Source of the DNA: Clytia hemisphaerica
Lineage: Eukaryota
Length of the DNA stretch: 51,633 bases
Reading direction: 5' to 3'
NCBI RefSeq assembly: GCF_902728285.1
Contig: NW_027104315.1
Location: 354,032-405,664 of the forward strand
Positions within the stretch are counted from its first letter, which is position 1; each line of letters starts with the position of its first letter. This document shows positions 1 to 12,454 of this stretch, in pieces. The notes under the pieces were generated by a model, which ran no database searches, was not told where the DNA came from, and saw only the letters and a list, made by a program, of their open reading frames with translations. The translations under genes were made by a program, and so were the position numbers.

Positions 1-74
1 TTCAACATAAACACTAGTGCTCCCTTAAAAAACGTAACTCGATCATTAGCAAGGATTATGGTATGATAAATTGA

Positions 75-352
75 CTTTCAAGCCCGAAAGGGGTAGATGC
101 GAAACTTTAACCCTTCTCAGGCAAGAGAAATTGAAGCCATAATTTCCAATTCAAATCGCACCGTAATCATGACGACGGATTGTATCTAGCGGTTCCTTTG
201 TTTTGGAGGACCACATTTTTCCAAATTTAGCGATAGATTTTAGTTTTAATCTGGCGTTTGTGTAAAAAGTACGCGTAGGCGTTCTGGATGGGAAATAAGT
301 GGTTTTATTTCTCATCCAGGAGTCTCGTCTCTAGCCTTCCGGGCTTGAAACT
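75..352. mobile_element. MITE of the 'AAGCCCGAAGGGCTAGA' TIR family (~280 bp)
   Basis: TIR-like ends CAAGCCCGAAAGGGGTAGAT … TCTAGCCTTCCGGGCTTGAA; about 80% identical to 5670-5957. Confidence 0.7.
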
Positions 353-1029
353 CAATGGTATGATATAATTAGAATTTCCAAATTCTGCACCCTAACAGTG
401 CGATTGTTTTCATCTTTGCTCATTTCGACCCTTACAGTGCACTATGAGAGGCTTGGGAAAAAGGGCACTAAAGGGCCGTATGTAAGGCAGGTCGTTTACC
501 TTGAGTGCCCCCCCCCCCACCTCTGGGTTTATATTTGTACTGGGTTTCTTAAAGCATAAAAAGCAGCAGAATGGCAAATATATTTATGTGGTTCTCAATT
601 TGTTTTATGATAAATTAGCCTCGGCCTAATATATTTTTGAAGAACAATTTTTAACAACTGAAGTTATTATCTTCACCATTTTGTTTATCTGAGAAGTGAC
701 CTACTGGAAAAACGGGGTCGTTTAAAATTTTACTGTATCTAACTATTCGACAAATTATTTTTAATATAAGAAAAACTTTACTGTAAAGTCGCATGTTTTT
801 ACCGTCAATTTTTGAAAGTGTTTATTGGTTATTTGTTTAAAATACATAAAAACTATAGTCCGCGATTTGGAGGGCTATTCGTAAGACTGGAGTTATGCTT
901 ATGATATTATTTATTATCAGTAAAATAGGTGTTATAGGGTGATACCATAATTATGAAAGGGTAATGTATCGACCGTTCATTATTTTTTGCCTAATATCTG
1001 CTATGATAAAATAGTCGTTGAGGTTGAGT

Positions 1030-1550
1030 TTTCAAAGAACATATCAACCTCTGAGGACCAAGTAAAGAAATTTTATCGTGCATGTGTCAATCTAATTATT
1101 GTAGAAAGGATGAAGAGCAAATATTATCATATTAATTAATGTCTAGCAGACTGTATCAGTATGCAGTTTACTATTTACGAATTCCCTAGAAACCTCCAAG
1201 TTTAATTGAAATGAGTTTCTTTCAAAAGAAATCTTCTACATGGTTCCCAAATGTATAAGTAATTACTAAACTATTAATTGTGGTAATGTTACTTCAATTA
1301 AGATAATAGACAATCTTTATGTTATGATTTTCCATCACTGACTCTTTTTAAAAAGCATTGATGACATTTTTGAGTCGTGTTTTCAACGACGGGAATAGAA
1401 ATATCAACATTGAACCTAATCCAAGATCATGGATTGTCTTCATGGTTACTTTTCTCGACGTTGATTGAGCTCTGAATAGAATCTGGATTGGTCGGCACAG
1501 GTCGATATATGATTTCGGCATGTGCCTTTCACGTTACATTCTAGGCTGTT
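1030..1550. repeat. ~500-bp dispersed repeat; second copy 26215-26730, inverted fragment 25770-25850
   Basis: About 85-90% identity over ~480 bp. Confidence 0.7.
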
Positions 1551-2447
1551 ACAGTAGATTAGTATTTCTTGTAGTACAGTCAGTCACACTTTAACTTTGA
1601 AATGAAAATTTAGATAATCACACTACATGAACATGACCAGAAAATGAGTACTGTGGGTTGAAATACACAACACAACCCGCAGAAGCTAGCAGTTGAAATT
1701 CATTAATGATGACAGAAACTAATAACAGCTGCTTATATCGTGTAATAAGTACGATCCAATTAATAACTCTTAATTAAATCATCTACTATTCAGCTTACAG
1801 TTTCAAACGTGTAGCTATAAGAAGCGACCGTAGTGCAGCAGCGGAACATCCGATAATGGTGCGCAAAGTTGTGGGTTTAATTATCGGTTCAGTCATATAC
1901 CAAAAAATGGTACTTAATGCCTCTCTGCTTGATGTTCAAAATAACGCAGGCTGCAAAATTAATGTCTGAAGACAAATCACGGTTTTCCTCGAAATTTTTA
2001 CGTGTTTCTTACATGACATTTATTCATGATTGGTTTAAATTTATTGACAGTAATAAACTTATCAGCTGTAAGTTGCAACTGGGGAATAAAATCACGTGTA
2101 TTTTTTCGAGTAATCACATGTTTTGACTGCATTGATATAATGCAGTATGTATTAAAATTCAGAAACAACGCATGTTAAGCAAAAAGTCAAGAACATTCCA
2201 ACCAGAAAAGATTTTCTTTATTTATTGAAAAATAAACACAGGGTATACTCTACAAACATATACTACAAAATGCTAAGTATTTTGTAGTACTAGTAAAACA
2301 TTAATATAATCCCTCCCTCCGCTAGAAACTTAAGTTATATCGTCAGAAATGAAAAAGAAAACCAAGGTGTGATGTGGAGAAAGCTATAGTTGTAGTGGAA
2401 TAGAATACATAACTCACAACTGAACCTTCAAGATTCATGGATATATG

Positions 2448-3718
2448 TACAGTATGTGGCCCCCAAAACGGCGATCAAATTTGAAGTTTCTCTCAAATCT
2501 AGAGGAAAAGAGATTTTACAAAAATGTTTGCTGCATGAAAACCTTTAACATCTCTACTTTATTTCCTGGAAGTTCTTTTTCAAAATTTCCAATTTCAACA
2601 ATATTTTTCAATCGCTTAAAGATAGGTAGCTTTTTTCTAATGGCCCCCAAAACGGAGGTTTGAAATTTTAGCGATTTCTCGAGATATCTTTAAGATATGA
2701 ATACAAAATTTTGACCATAGTTTTGAAATATGATTTAGAGGGTTTTGGGCATAAATTTATTTGATAAAATTTTTACAGTATATCCCTGGTTGTCAAAATG
2801 CAGGTTTGGGGCCCCCAAAACGGAGGTGAGTTAAAATCAAATTATTAAGCCCAGTGGTAATAGGGGGAAAAACTATGAACATATTTGTGTTTTCCCTTAA
2901 ATTTACGACCCGATGGATGTAAAATTTATGATTTTTATGAAATATTTCAAGATTTTTCGATATTGCAAAGTCCAAACTGAAAATTTAGAAATTTTCAAAA
3001 TGACAATTTTGATTTAACAACGTCTTAATCAAGTTTTTGAAAACAAATCTCTTTTGAAAATAGTTCCATTTATGTATGGAATAAGCTGTGAAAATTTTAG
3101 AAAAAAAGCTTAACTGAAACTGAAAATATTAAGCTTTAAAGATATTTTTCTCCTATATTTTGCAAAAAAATGACAGAATTTGCCGTTTTTGCTGATTCAA
3201 CGAAAAATCTTATATATAATGTTAATTTTTTGTTAGAAACTATTAACTCAGGGTGGTAGAAGTAGAATTCCAAGATTTTTTGCTTTTTCTCATATTTAGA
3301 ATTTTCGGTTTTGTCAATGCTGATTCTAGGGCTCCAAAATACTGGTTGACCTTCAAGATGCTATATCTTTTACCCAGCCTCTAAAGTCACAGATGTATTT
3401 GCATTTTCTGAACGGCATTAGATGTAGCAAGTTTCCTATACCCCGTTTTCATAACTTATTTTCAATATCCAAGGAGCTAGAGTGAGTTATATGCAATTTT
3501 TATCTAATTTTGGTGCTAAAATATTTCCTTTAGACGCAAATATATTATTTTGAATCTGTCTCAAACCAGCAAAAACATGCTCATTTTTAAGTATAACCAT
3601 CATTCTTTCAAAATAAACAAAAATCGTTTAATTCTGATAAATCTACAAGTCAGAATCTTCATTTCAATGAAAACCTCCGTTTTGGGGGCCGTCTCCGTTT
3701 TGGGGGCCATATACTGTA
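2448..3718. mobile_element. ~1.27-kb element with TIRs ACAGTAT(G/A)TGGCCCCCAAAACGG and internal reiterations of the terminal motif
   Basis: Left end at 2448-2475; right end CCGTTTTGGGGGCCATATACTGT at 3690-3718; internal copies of GGCCCCCAAAACGGAGG at ~2641, ~2806, ~3668. Confidence 0.6.
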
Positions 3719-4028
3719 TTCAACGAAATCATATCATCAACTCAAATCGACAAGTCAACATAACGGTACAACAAAAATGACAAATCAAAACGCGAAAAAA
3801 AAACAAAAAAAAAACGGACAAATAGACAATCCTACAGTTGAAAGCCAGCAAACATTCATTCCATTCATCATAAAAATCGGAATAATCCGATTTAAAAAAC
3901 TGGTTTTCGTCACCAGGTTTTAGATCGATCGCAAAAGAATAATCCCAACTTGCACTGACACAATAAAAATACAAAATATTTGCTATTGGCATTGCAATAT
4001 ACGATGCCTTTCTATATAATTGTTTTAG

Positions 4029-4194
4029 GAGGAGGCGGAGATATAACACGGTATAATGGATTTGACTATTACTTCAGTTCTGTGACTAAGACATGGCAAA
4101 ACGCAGAAATAAATTGCATTGATCGAGGCGGCCATCTTACAAGTGTCCATTCAGGAGCAGAAAATAATTTTTTGAATCAACAAATTAGTACTAG
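4029..4194 (+). CDS. Exon, C-type lectin domain N-terminal half (GGGGDITRYNGFDYYFSSVTKTWQNAEINCIDRGGHLTSVHSGAENNFLNQQIS); enters in phase 1, so upstream signal-peptide exon(s) were not found
   Basis: Acceptor ttgttttag|GAGG, donor AG|gttcgt; CTLD motifs (C..GG.L.S+HS..E..F); phase chains to next exon. Confidence 0.7.
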
Positions 4195-4963
4195 GTTCGT
4201 ATATAATACCATTTAAGGACTCTGGCCATAGTCGGAAAATTGATTTTAGTATTTGAACATAAAAGTTATGTTTTAGGTTCTTTAACACTTTTAACAAAGA
4301 ATTGCCTTTATAAATTGCTTTTTAATCAAATCCCTTAAGAGTAACTAAGAAATTTTTGAATCAACAAATTGTTGTTAGGTTTGTACAGGTTGCTTATTTA
4401 TGGCGATGATTCGTGAGAAATTTGTTTAGTAGGAGCTCTTTTGGTGCATTGATGAAGCCCTAGCTGTTAGCACTTTAAATTCGAGAGTTCCGTCAAATTC
4501 GAACAAAGTTTCTTTTTTATCATTCTGATATAACTCATGAAAGCATAATCCGTATAAAAAACCCGGTCTGGAAGCCTTTTGTTTCTTTCCATTGTTTCTT
4601 AATTGAACTTGCGTTGAGAAATTAGTTTGTTTTGCTCACTTTTTGATCATGTGATTAAATCTTAAACCAATCCCAAGGGGAATACTTGGTAACGTGATCA
4701 AATACTGAGCAAATCGATTTTTATCTTTTGATATTAACAAAGAAAAAAACTAACAAAAAGTTAAAACAATAAGCTTCTCCAGACCAGGGTTTTTTATACC
4801 GGCTATGATGAAGGTCACGCTTGTTACGATTTTCCAGTAAAAACAAAAGCAGGCAAGTTGCTCTGGAGACGAGATTGCATCCCCATTTAAACGATTAGGG
4901 TTTGTCAAGCTTGATAACGTCGTTAAAAGCCTTCTCTTTTTTGATTCCCCTAAATTGAAATAG

Positions 4964-5184
4964 GTATGATTCTCAAGTAATGCCCTGGTACGGTGGATTT
5001 AGAAGACCTGATTTGAATTTTGCATGGTCTGATGGAACAGCCTTTAGTTGGACAAAATGGGGAGAACGTCAACCAGATAATTATGGAGGAATGGAGAATT
5101 GTCTTCACCGTTGGAGATATGATGGTGTCTGGAATGATTCACCTTGTAATCCTGCATATTATTATGTCTGTAAACTTGATATAG
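4964..5184 (+). CDS. Exon, C-type lectin domain C-terminal half (…FAWSDGTAFSWTKWGERQPDNYGGMENCLHRWRYDGVWNDSPCNPAYYYVCKLD)
   Basis: CTLD signature W.W.DG…W..G.P.N…E.C…W.D..C…YVCK; acceptor aaatag|G, donor ATAG|gtacgc; phase-consistent with exons 1 and 3. Confidence 0.75.
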
Positions 5185-5336
5185 GTACGCCTATTTACTT
5201 TACCAAAAATATGACTAAAATCACTTTGAGAAGGGCTGTATTAAACTATTTCATAGAAAGGATTTGTTTTTTGAGTTCATGATATTTAACAACGTCACTT
5301 TAGTAATCAACCAACGGTCGTTTTCTTCCCTTGCAG

Positions 5337-5396
5337 CAACTACTACAACAAGCACCACCACAACAACAACACCACCAACGCCTCATATCTTTAAAA
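5337..5396 (+). CDS. Exon, Thr/Pro-rich mucin-like linker (ATTTTSTTTTTTPPTPHIFK)
   Basis: Acceptor ccttgcag|CA; donor (weak gttatc) chosen because it preserves phase into the D8C exon. Confidence 0.5.
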
Positions 5397-5669
5397 GTTA
5401 TCAGAAAGAAAAGTTTAGTTGGAAGTAGACTCTGGATTAGTACAAGCATGGCTATGATTTTTTGATGCGGAATGATTTTCTAAAGAAATGCCCTATGTCC
5501 CCCCCCCTTCCGAGCTGCCACCTTTTTTGGGGGGCGGGCAAAAAAGTGCCTCTGATTACTAATTTCAGTGCCCCTTTGCTCCCTTTACATCTTAGAGTCA
5601 GCAGCCTTTAGGTAAAAAGAAAAAAATACCTAAAAAAACTCGTGTTCAATTCGCCCGCGACAGATTTCA

Positions 5670-5957
5670 GGTTTCAAGTTTTAGCCCCAATTTTAGTCGA
5701 CCCTCCCATTGAAAACTTAAATCCTTCTCAAGCAAGAGAAACTGAAACCACTTTATTTCCCATCCAAAACGCGCATAGAACGCGCCGTAATCAAAACGAC
5801 GAATTGTATGTTTTGGAAGACGACATTTTTCGAAATCTAGCGATAGATTTTAGTTTCAATCCGGCATTTATGTAAACACTACGCGTGGACATTCTGGCTG
5901 GGAAATAAGTGGTTTCATTTCCCATCCCGGAGTCTCGTCTCTAGCCTTCCGGGCTTA
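5670..5957. mobile_element. MITE, same family as 75-352 (5' end degraded)
   Basis: Aligns to 75-352 over ~270 bp. Confidence 0.7.
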
Positions 5958-7213
5958 AAACTCAATGAACCCACCTTGCTACTGCATCATGTGACTTATT
6001 TATTTACAAAGGTTATAATATCATTGGTTATATCCAAATTATTCACTGATATGACTTTTTCACATATAATTTTTGAACCCGCTAACCATCAATATTTGGT
6101 AAAAAGTTTAAAAGTGCAGTGTGCACTTGAAAATGCTTATTTGAGGTATAGTCTAGTACCTTATGTCCCAAGGGTCTCAAAAAGATAAAATTCGTCAATA
6201 TTATCAAAGGGAAAGTGGGTTGGCTGACACAACACAATCACAATAAGATAAAGTGCCTGATTATTTAGAAATTTAGTCAAGCTATGATATTGACAATCGT
6301 TCGTGTGAAGCACGTAACAAAAATGGAAATACACATTTTTTTTATGAAAACACCTAAATCAGTCCCAGCACCGAGTTTAAATTACCTTTAGACAAGTATT
6401 GTTCCTCTACAACCAAAGAAAATACAGTTGACGCTCTCTAATTTGACGTTCTTCTATTCGATAGGCTCCCTTATTCGATGATCGTTAAAGTCCCCGTCAA
6501 CGATAAGCTCCCTTATTTGATTCAAATCCAATTCCTTGAAGATCGAATTAGAGAGCGCCAACTATACTTAGAAATGAGGGAAGTTCGTCTTATATCTTCA
6601 TCCGACTTTTCATTTTTGGTCAAAATATAGATTAGGAGAGTAAAAGCTGTACAGTGAAATTATTAGTGCCCCATTTCCAGAAGATCTCTTCTAACCGATA
6701 TTCCTCAGCGAGTTAATCATGAATGTTTTTAGACCTGCGGGGGAGTCCTAAAGCTAAGCGACCTACTGTAGGAGTGACCCTCTTTTCAGGCTTCCCAAAT
6801 TGCACTTTATAGGTTTAAATGAGCATTTATTAAAACACTGGGAACCCTTCCTACTCATCAAAAAATTGGTTGAAATATTCTCCCAGTCGAAAATTATACT
6901 CTGATTTTTGTCCCCGTTGAAGATAATGATATAAGCCCCACTGCAAAATAATGTGCTATTTTTTCCATCCCTACTGAATTTTCTGTCTGGAAAACTATGT
7001 AATTCAAATCCCCAGCAATAAAAAACATGGGAATAACAATCCTCATCGAGTTTTGGTCCGTTATTTTTATCCCCACTGGCTGATAAAATCATACTGGGTC
7101 TGTGAGAAGAGGGTGTATATTAAAATCTAGCCACAATTTAACAGCAGGACTATCATGAATTTCAACTTCACCATTCAACACTTTTTACTTTATATTTTTG
7201 TTATTATCATTAG

Positions 7214-7396
7214 ACACATGCCAACCTCATTTTCTCGATGCAAGTTCCACCATCTGGCAAAGGAGTACCGGATTTTCCATAGAACCTGAAGCAAGTGGTG
7301 TAAGATGCGATCGACAAATTAAGACGGGATGGTATCGGTTCAAAAGCCCTGCTGGTTCAATTATGCCCGAACAATGTCCTAATATCAATTCTTGCG
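7214..7396 (+). CDS. Exon, D8C domain N-terminal half (…RCDRQIKTGWYRFKSPAGSIMPEQCPNINSCG)
   Basis: Matches uromodulin D8C core 'CDTDLRGWYRFVG..GARMAETCVPVLRC'; acceptor cattag|AC, donor G|gtaagg. Confidence 0.8.
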
Positions 7397-7688
7397 GTAA
7401 GGCGATTCTCTAAAATCATGCAGTTCTGTTGGTAAATTTTCATAGGTATAAGATGAGATGGAATTTTTATAAGATACTTTAATAATTGGTCATTTTAAGT
7501 AATAAAAATGACGCGTTCTTTAGAAAAAGTAACAAAATTGTTTTATTACTGATTAACAACCGACCAAATCAAATAAGAGCTTGTAAAAACTCCATCTCGG
7601 CCCAAAGTTATAACAGGATATTCTACCTTAGGTAAATTTTGAAGGCTTCTTCAGACCTTATAGTTCGCAGTTGTGACGATCTCTAAAT

Positions 7689-8430
7689 CAGGGATATGTT
7701 ATAGCGGAGCTGGATGAAGGACGAGAATTCCTTAGCGGATTGCTTCTTTGTCTTTTCTATTGTAAACTGTTGATAATAGAAATCCATCTCTGTCCCCTTG
7801 AGTGTTCTGTTTTTTTAAGAAAAATGAAGCAGACAAAGTATTCATGCAGTACGTTTGCACATATTTTGCTATGATGTTCCCACTTTTCATTAAAATAATA
7901 TTTGTAGAAGATACCCCAAAAGCTTCCTTGTAAATGAAATCTATTTTTATCAGCGTGTGTTATGAATTTGAGAAGATTCATGATTTCTCTTTAAAAATTT
8001 CGGATGTAAATATTTTGAAAATATGTTTCAATTTTTTGAAATTTTTTCCATAATAAGACCTACCGACTTGCTATCTGAAAATATCAGTTAGAAAGTGAGG
8101 CACCCCGCGGTGTAGCGCGGTATTTCAAATGAAAAAGTACTATTTATAATCTTAGAGAAGAAACTTCTTATAACTTTACCAATGAAAACAATGTTTTTCA
8201 TTTTTTTAAATTGTCATTCACCAATGTTTTACAGACCCTCTTGATAACTAAAAGTTTTTAATCGTGAACGATAAATGCAGAAGCAGAATCATTGGCTAAG
8301 AGGAAATCCAAATTTCACGAGTTTGTAATTAAAAAAGTTAAATTTCATATCAAATTTTAATGTTAGGGACAGAGATAGAGCAAGGCTTTTTTAAATGTGC
8401 GTTATCCAGCTCCGCTATAAGATATCCCTG
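7689..8430. mobile_element. ~740-bp non-autonomous DNA transposon with ~28-bp TIRs (CAGGGATATGTTATAGCGGAGCTGGATG), copy A
   Basis: Terminal inverted repeats; near-identical copy at 11152-11887; short flanking direct repeats (CTAAAT). Confidence 0.85.
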
Positions 8431-9179
8431 TCTAAATATAGCACGTGAAAAGTCGAGCCACTTGCTAGAACTTTGATGACGGAATTCACACCAAAGATTA
8501 TATCAAATCATTCTCTGTTAAGGCCAGTCTCGACTTAATACACCATCAGGTCTTCTCATGAATTATTTTGAGTTCAACGACCTGCCCTACTTTAAAACCA
8601 TTACAAGGTAATTTGATGTCTTAAGTATTCAAGTGTTTTTCTTATGAATAACATAGAGGGCAAATTCTTATGTGCTCCTCTGGGAATCGATTACCATTGC
8701 AGTATTTTGAAAACGAGGTAAACATTGCTCGTGACGTAATTTATGAAAAGGTCTTTTGACTCAATTCATATGTTGTTTCCTTTATCGAGGGTAATTGTTT
8801 CACTTACACTTTTGCCATTTTTACCCTCGTTCCCACTTCTACCACCATCAAGTTGAAACATTTTAAAAAAGTGTGAAAAGTGGCTTCTTCAGCTAACTTG
8901 CATCAGGCAATGTGTAAAAACGAGACCACGCTCCTTCTAATACGGGTCCAAAATAGTGGTAAAATTCCGACGGCAACAGAGCCTTACTCTGGTCTTTATA
9001 TTACATTTTCAATCGTTACAACATAAATTATGCCTTCTGCTATCTTTAAATAAATTTATTCTCTAGTTGCATAGCGACGGATAATTAATGCAAAATTAAA
9101 ATCAAATTTATGCATTCGAAAGCTGCCATTTTGTTTTCCACTTTTCACACAAACTGCGCGAAACAAAACAAATTTGTTT

Positions 9180-9750
9180 TTTGCTTGGTGGATATTGAGA
9201 ATTTGCCACTTGGAACACGAACGGCACAAACGATCACAGTTCGGGAAATTGCATAGATCCGCAACGTTGCAAAATTCCGCAATGTTGCGTTTTTTTTGCA
9301 ACGATTCCCTCAGCGTGCGCTTCAATTTTTCGCAACGTTCCCAATGGGAGTGTGCGATTATGAACACCAACTATGACGACCAATTTTCGCAAATAGAAGC
9401 AAAATTAGGCAAAATCTGGCATATTTGAGTAGCACTTCTTCCAAGAATGATTGTGAGTAATCGCTAGGTAGGAAATTAAAATGCTAGGGTGAAAAGTTTT
9501 CTTTTGGGTTGTTCTTCAAAATGCACATTATTTTGGGACCCCGGTCCAGGCCCTGAGATGCCGGTTTTGGTCCATAGGCCATGGCTGCGAAATTATGCAG
9601 CGATAAAGCTGCGGAATTTCGCAGCACTGCGGAATATTACAACGCAAAAAATACAAAATTACGCAACGTTGCGGATCTATGCAATATTTCCCGAACTGAT
9701 CAGTGGAAATGTAGGTGGCAAAAAATGTAAGCACTTTTGCCACTTTTAAA
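9180..9750. repeat. Long inverted repeat (arms ~9235-9300 and ~9590-9700, 'GCAACGTTGCGGATCTATGCAATTTCCCGAACTG…') forming a foldback structure
   Basis: Reverse-complement arms seen directly. Confidence 0.6.
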
Positions 9751-10298
9751 CACATTTTGAAGAAACAAATAGGAATCTGATGGCACTTGTGGCACAAATG
9801 TGAAAAATATCAACGAAACATTTTCCCTCATCGAGGAAGAAGTTTGATTAGATCACTATAATTTTCCGAATAATTGTGTTCCCCGCTGTTTAATTTTCAA
9901 AAAGTATATACCCTACACCCAACGGTCTCATCATGAGACCCCCCTCCTGTTTATCTATTTTTGAAATTATTTTCAGCTACCATAAGCTGGACTGCTCTAA
10001 AAAACCTGGTTTTAGTTTATAACCACCTTATTTTAGGGTTTTTGGTGGTACAATTCCGGGCCTCTTTTTATTCAAACACCCAGCTTATTGGATTCTAGAC
10101 TAATAAACTCGTAACCTATATTTCTATGAAAATTTTCTTAATATTATCACGCTTCTAAAGTTAGTCATCTTCTTTCCGTTCTGGTTCATTATCCGTTTCC
10201 AGCCAGCATAGAACGTTATTTTAACGTTCATGTAACGTTATATGAACGTTAGGGCCGTCAGATAAACGTTGTTATGACGTTCGAAATTTCTATCACAG

Positions 10299-10508
10299 GC
10301 ACTACGTTACCAATTTGGTTAAATGGTTCACATCCAACGGAGGTTAATGTCTCAACGTCGGTCCCGGTGTGTGTTGTATATCCTGGGAATTGCTGTGCAC
10401 ATAAATACAACATTGATATCAAACGATGTCAAGATGAGGTACAAGGAGAGGATTATTTTGTTTACAATCTACCTGCTACTCCAGGATGTCCAATGTCTTA
10501 TTGCATCG
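10299..10508 (+). CDS. Exon, D8C domain C-terminal half (TTLPIWLNGSHPTEVNVSTSVPVCVVYPGNCCAHKYNIDIKRCQDEVQGEDYFVYNLPATPGCPMSYCIG)
   Basis: Matches uromodulin 'PMWLNGTHP…CC…YYVYNLTAPPECHLAYC'; the split glycine codon G|GC joins exons 4 and 5 exactly; donor G|gtaagc. Confidence 0.85.
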
Positions 10509-10517
10509 GTAAGCTTT

Positions 10518-10615
10518 CCCAGCTGGCACACAACATTGTTTCAACGTTTATTTAACGTTCACAACGTCCATATAAAGTTAGATGAACGTTAAAACAACGT
10601 TGTGTGCCAGCTGGG
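10518..10615. mobile_element. ~100-bp palindromic AACGTT-rich MITE ('CCCAGCTGGCACACAACGTTG…CAACGTTGTGTGCCAGCTGGG'), copy 1, starting ~10 bp after exon-5 donor
   Basis: Near-perfect internal palindrome; same consensus recurs at 25555-25652, 27758-27855, 31491-31587, 36062-36156, 37206-37292, 39175-39266, 40815-40911; degenerate or partial copies at ~10195-10290, ~26740-26930, 27443-27500. Confidence 0.85.
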
Positions 10616-10624
10616 TTTTACATC

Positions 10625-10880
10625 TACAGCCGTAGCATGACGAAGGGTAGAGAATCGAACTATGATGCACAAGGTTGGGGGTTTGACCCCTCTAGCCAGG
10701 TTTCTTTAAAGATTCCCAAAATGGTACTTGATACTTCTCTGCTTGGTGTTTAGCAACTAGAGAGATAGGTCAAGGACCAGTGAATGATTTCCAGGGAAAA
10801 ATGTAGCGCACTCCCCTGCCTTCGGGTAGATAGTTATAGAAAAGGGAGCTTTCGGGTATCTTTCGTCTGCGGGTCACAAA
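10625..10880 (+). mobile_element. tRNA-derived SINE copy (continues at 11118-~11135 after the nested MITE)
   Basis: tRNA-like head with GGTTCGA B-box; conserved core '…AAATGGTACTTGATGCCTCTCTGCTTGATG.TTAGCAACTA.AGAGA…CCTTCGGGTAGA.AGCTATA.GAAAAGGGAGCCTTTGGG…'; other copies at 24296-24575, ~30115-30355, ~47815-48040, fragment 1880-1940. Confidence 0.7.
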
Positions 10881-11117
10881 CATAGATTTATGAAGCCCGA
10901 AGGGCTAGATGGGGTACTTTTGCTGAAAAAATTGCCGTTGTCAGGTAGGAAATCCTACCTAGGTCACGTGACATTACAATAGAATTTCAGCGCTCGGCCA
11001 ATTAGAAGCTTCGCGGGTTTTTGAGAACAATAGCAACAATATTTTTCCGATATTCACTTTTTTTTCCTGCGATTGCTTAAAGCACGACATCTAGCCCTTC
11101 GGGCTTTATAAATCTAT
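10881..11117. mobile_element. 237-bp MITE with ~30-bp TIRs (CATAGATTTATGAAGCCCGAAGGGCTAGATG), inserted into a SINE copy; 8-bp TSD GTCACAAA
   Basis: Perfect TSD at 10873-80 and 11118-25; TIR family shared with elements at 75-352, 5670-5957, ~19440-19650 (partial) and 51285-51575. Confidence 0.85.
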
Positions 11118-11151
11118 GGTCACAAACTTTTTTACTTTACACAGGGATATG

Positions 11152-11887
11152 TTATAGCGGAGCTGGATGAAGGACGAGAATTCCTTAGCGGATTGCTTCT
11201 TTGTCTTTTCTATTGTAAACTGTTGATAATAGAAATCCATCTCTGTCCCCTTGAGTGTTCTGTTTTTTTAAGAAAAATGAAGCAGACAAAGTATTCATGC
11301 AGTACGTTTGCACATATTTTGCTATGATGTTCCCACTTTTCATCAAAATAATATTTGTAGAAGATACCCCAAAAGCTTCCTTGTAAATGAAATCTATTTT
11401 TATCAGCGTGTGTTATGAATTTGAGAAGATTTCATGATTTCTCTTTAAAAATTTCGGATGTAAATATTTTGACAAATATTGTTTCAATTGACTTGAAATT
11501 TTTTCCATAATCAGACATACCGACTTGCTATCTGAAAATATCAGTTAGAAAGTGAGGCACCCCGCGGTGTAGCGCGGTATTTCAAATGAAAAAGTACTAT
11601 TTATAATCTTAGAGAAGAAACTTCTTATAACTTTACCAATGAAAACAATGTTTTTCATTTTTTTAAATTGTCATTCACCAATGTTTTACAGACCCTCTTG
11701 ATAATTAAAAGTTTTTAATCGTGAACGATAAATGCAGAAGCAGAATCATTGGCTAAGAGGAAATCCAAATTTCACGAGTTTGTAATTAAAAAAGTTAAAT
11801 TTCATATCAAATTTTAATGTTAGCGACAGAGATAGAGCAAGGCTTTTTTAAATGTGCGTTATCCAGCTCCGCTATAAGATATCCCTG
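11152..11887. mobile_element. ~740-bp TIR element, copy B (near-identical to 7689-8430)
   Basis: Near-identity over the full length implies recent transposition. Confidence 0.85.
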
Positions 11888-12391
11888 ATTACAGTAACAA
11901 TCCCTTTGTTGATATGTAATCCGATCTCCTTTAGCCTTATGTGAAAATTTCTTAGATATGCCCTATAGCATCGGTGATCTTAATTTTTGATCATCATAAT
12001 AACAACTGTGGGGGGAGAGAATGAATTAGACTACGGTGTATAAGAATGGGTTTCCATCTAAAGGGAGAGAATCCATTAACAATGCTTTTGTTGATAGATG
12101 TGAAGCCACTTTTAGTTCCTCTGTAAAAATTCCACAAAGATTGATTGACTTATCACTTAGGTTTCCACTGGTCAGATTTCATATCCTATTTTATGTCGCC
12201 ATCACTTTTGACGTAAAAATCAGGTTTTCAGTCAATTTCTTTGAACTAAGCTTAGTCTAAAAGTTATATCGTAATGTAATTCTTTGCTTCTTTCTATGTT
12301 TTTTTATGTGTAATATTTTGATATTTTATATATCGAGACAGGGTGGAACCACCTCCAAAAAAAGAAAAAAATTATCCTGTGTTTTTTTTAG

Positions 12392-12454
12392 GAAATGAAA
12401 CACGTTGTCCTGACGGTGAAAGATCTCCAAATGGTTTCTCCCCTGGTTGCACAA
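12392..12454 (+). CDS. Small Cys-containing exon (GNETRCPDGERSPNGFSPGCT)
   Basis: Acceptor ttttttttag, perfect donor GTAAGT; phase-consistent on both sides. Confidence 0.6.

Noticed and set aside
6763-7092. Minus-strand 109-aa ORF and other 60-110 aa ORFs in the first 4 kb and on the minus strand (e.g. 9056..9370, 15328..15657, 25769..26026)
   Set aside because: They have no recognisable domains or splice context. Several lie inside identified repeats (the 'CCCCACTGG' repeat at 6880-7100, MITE at 15183-15706, 500-bp repeat at 25770-26730). They are treated as noncoding.
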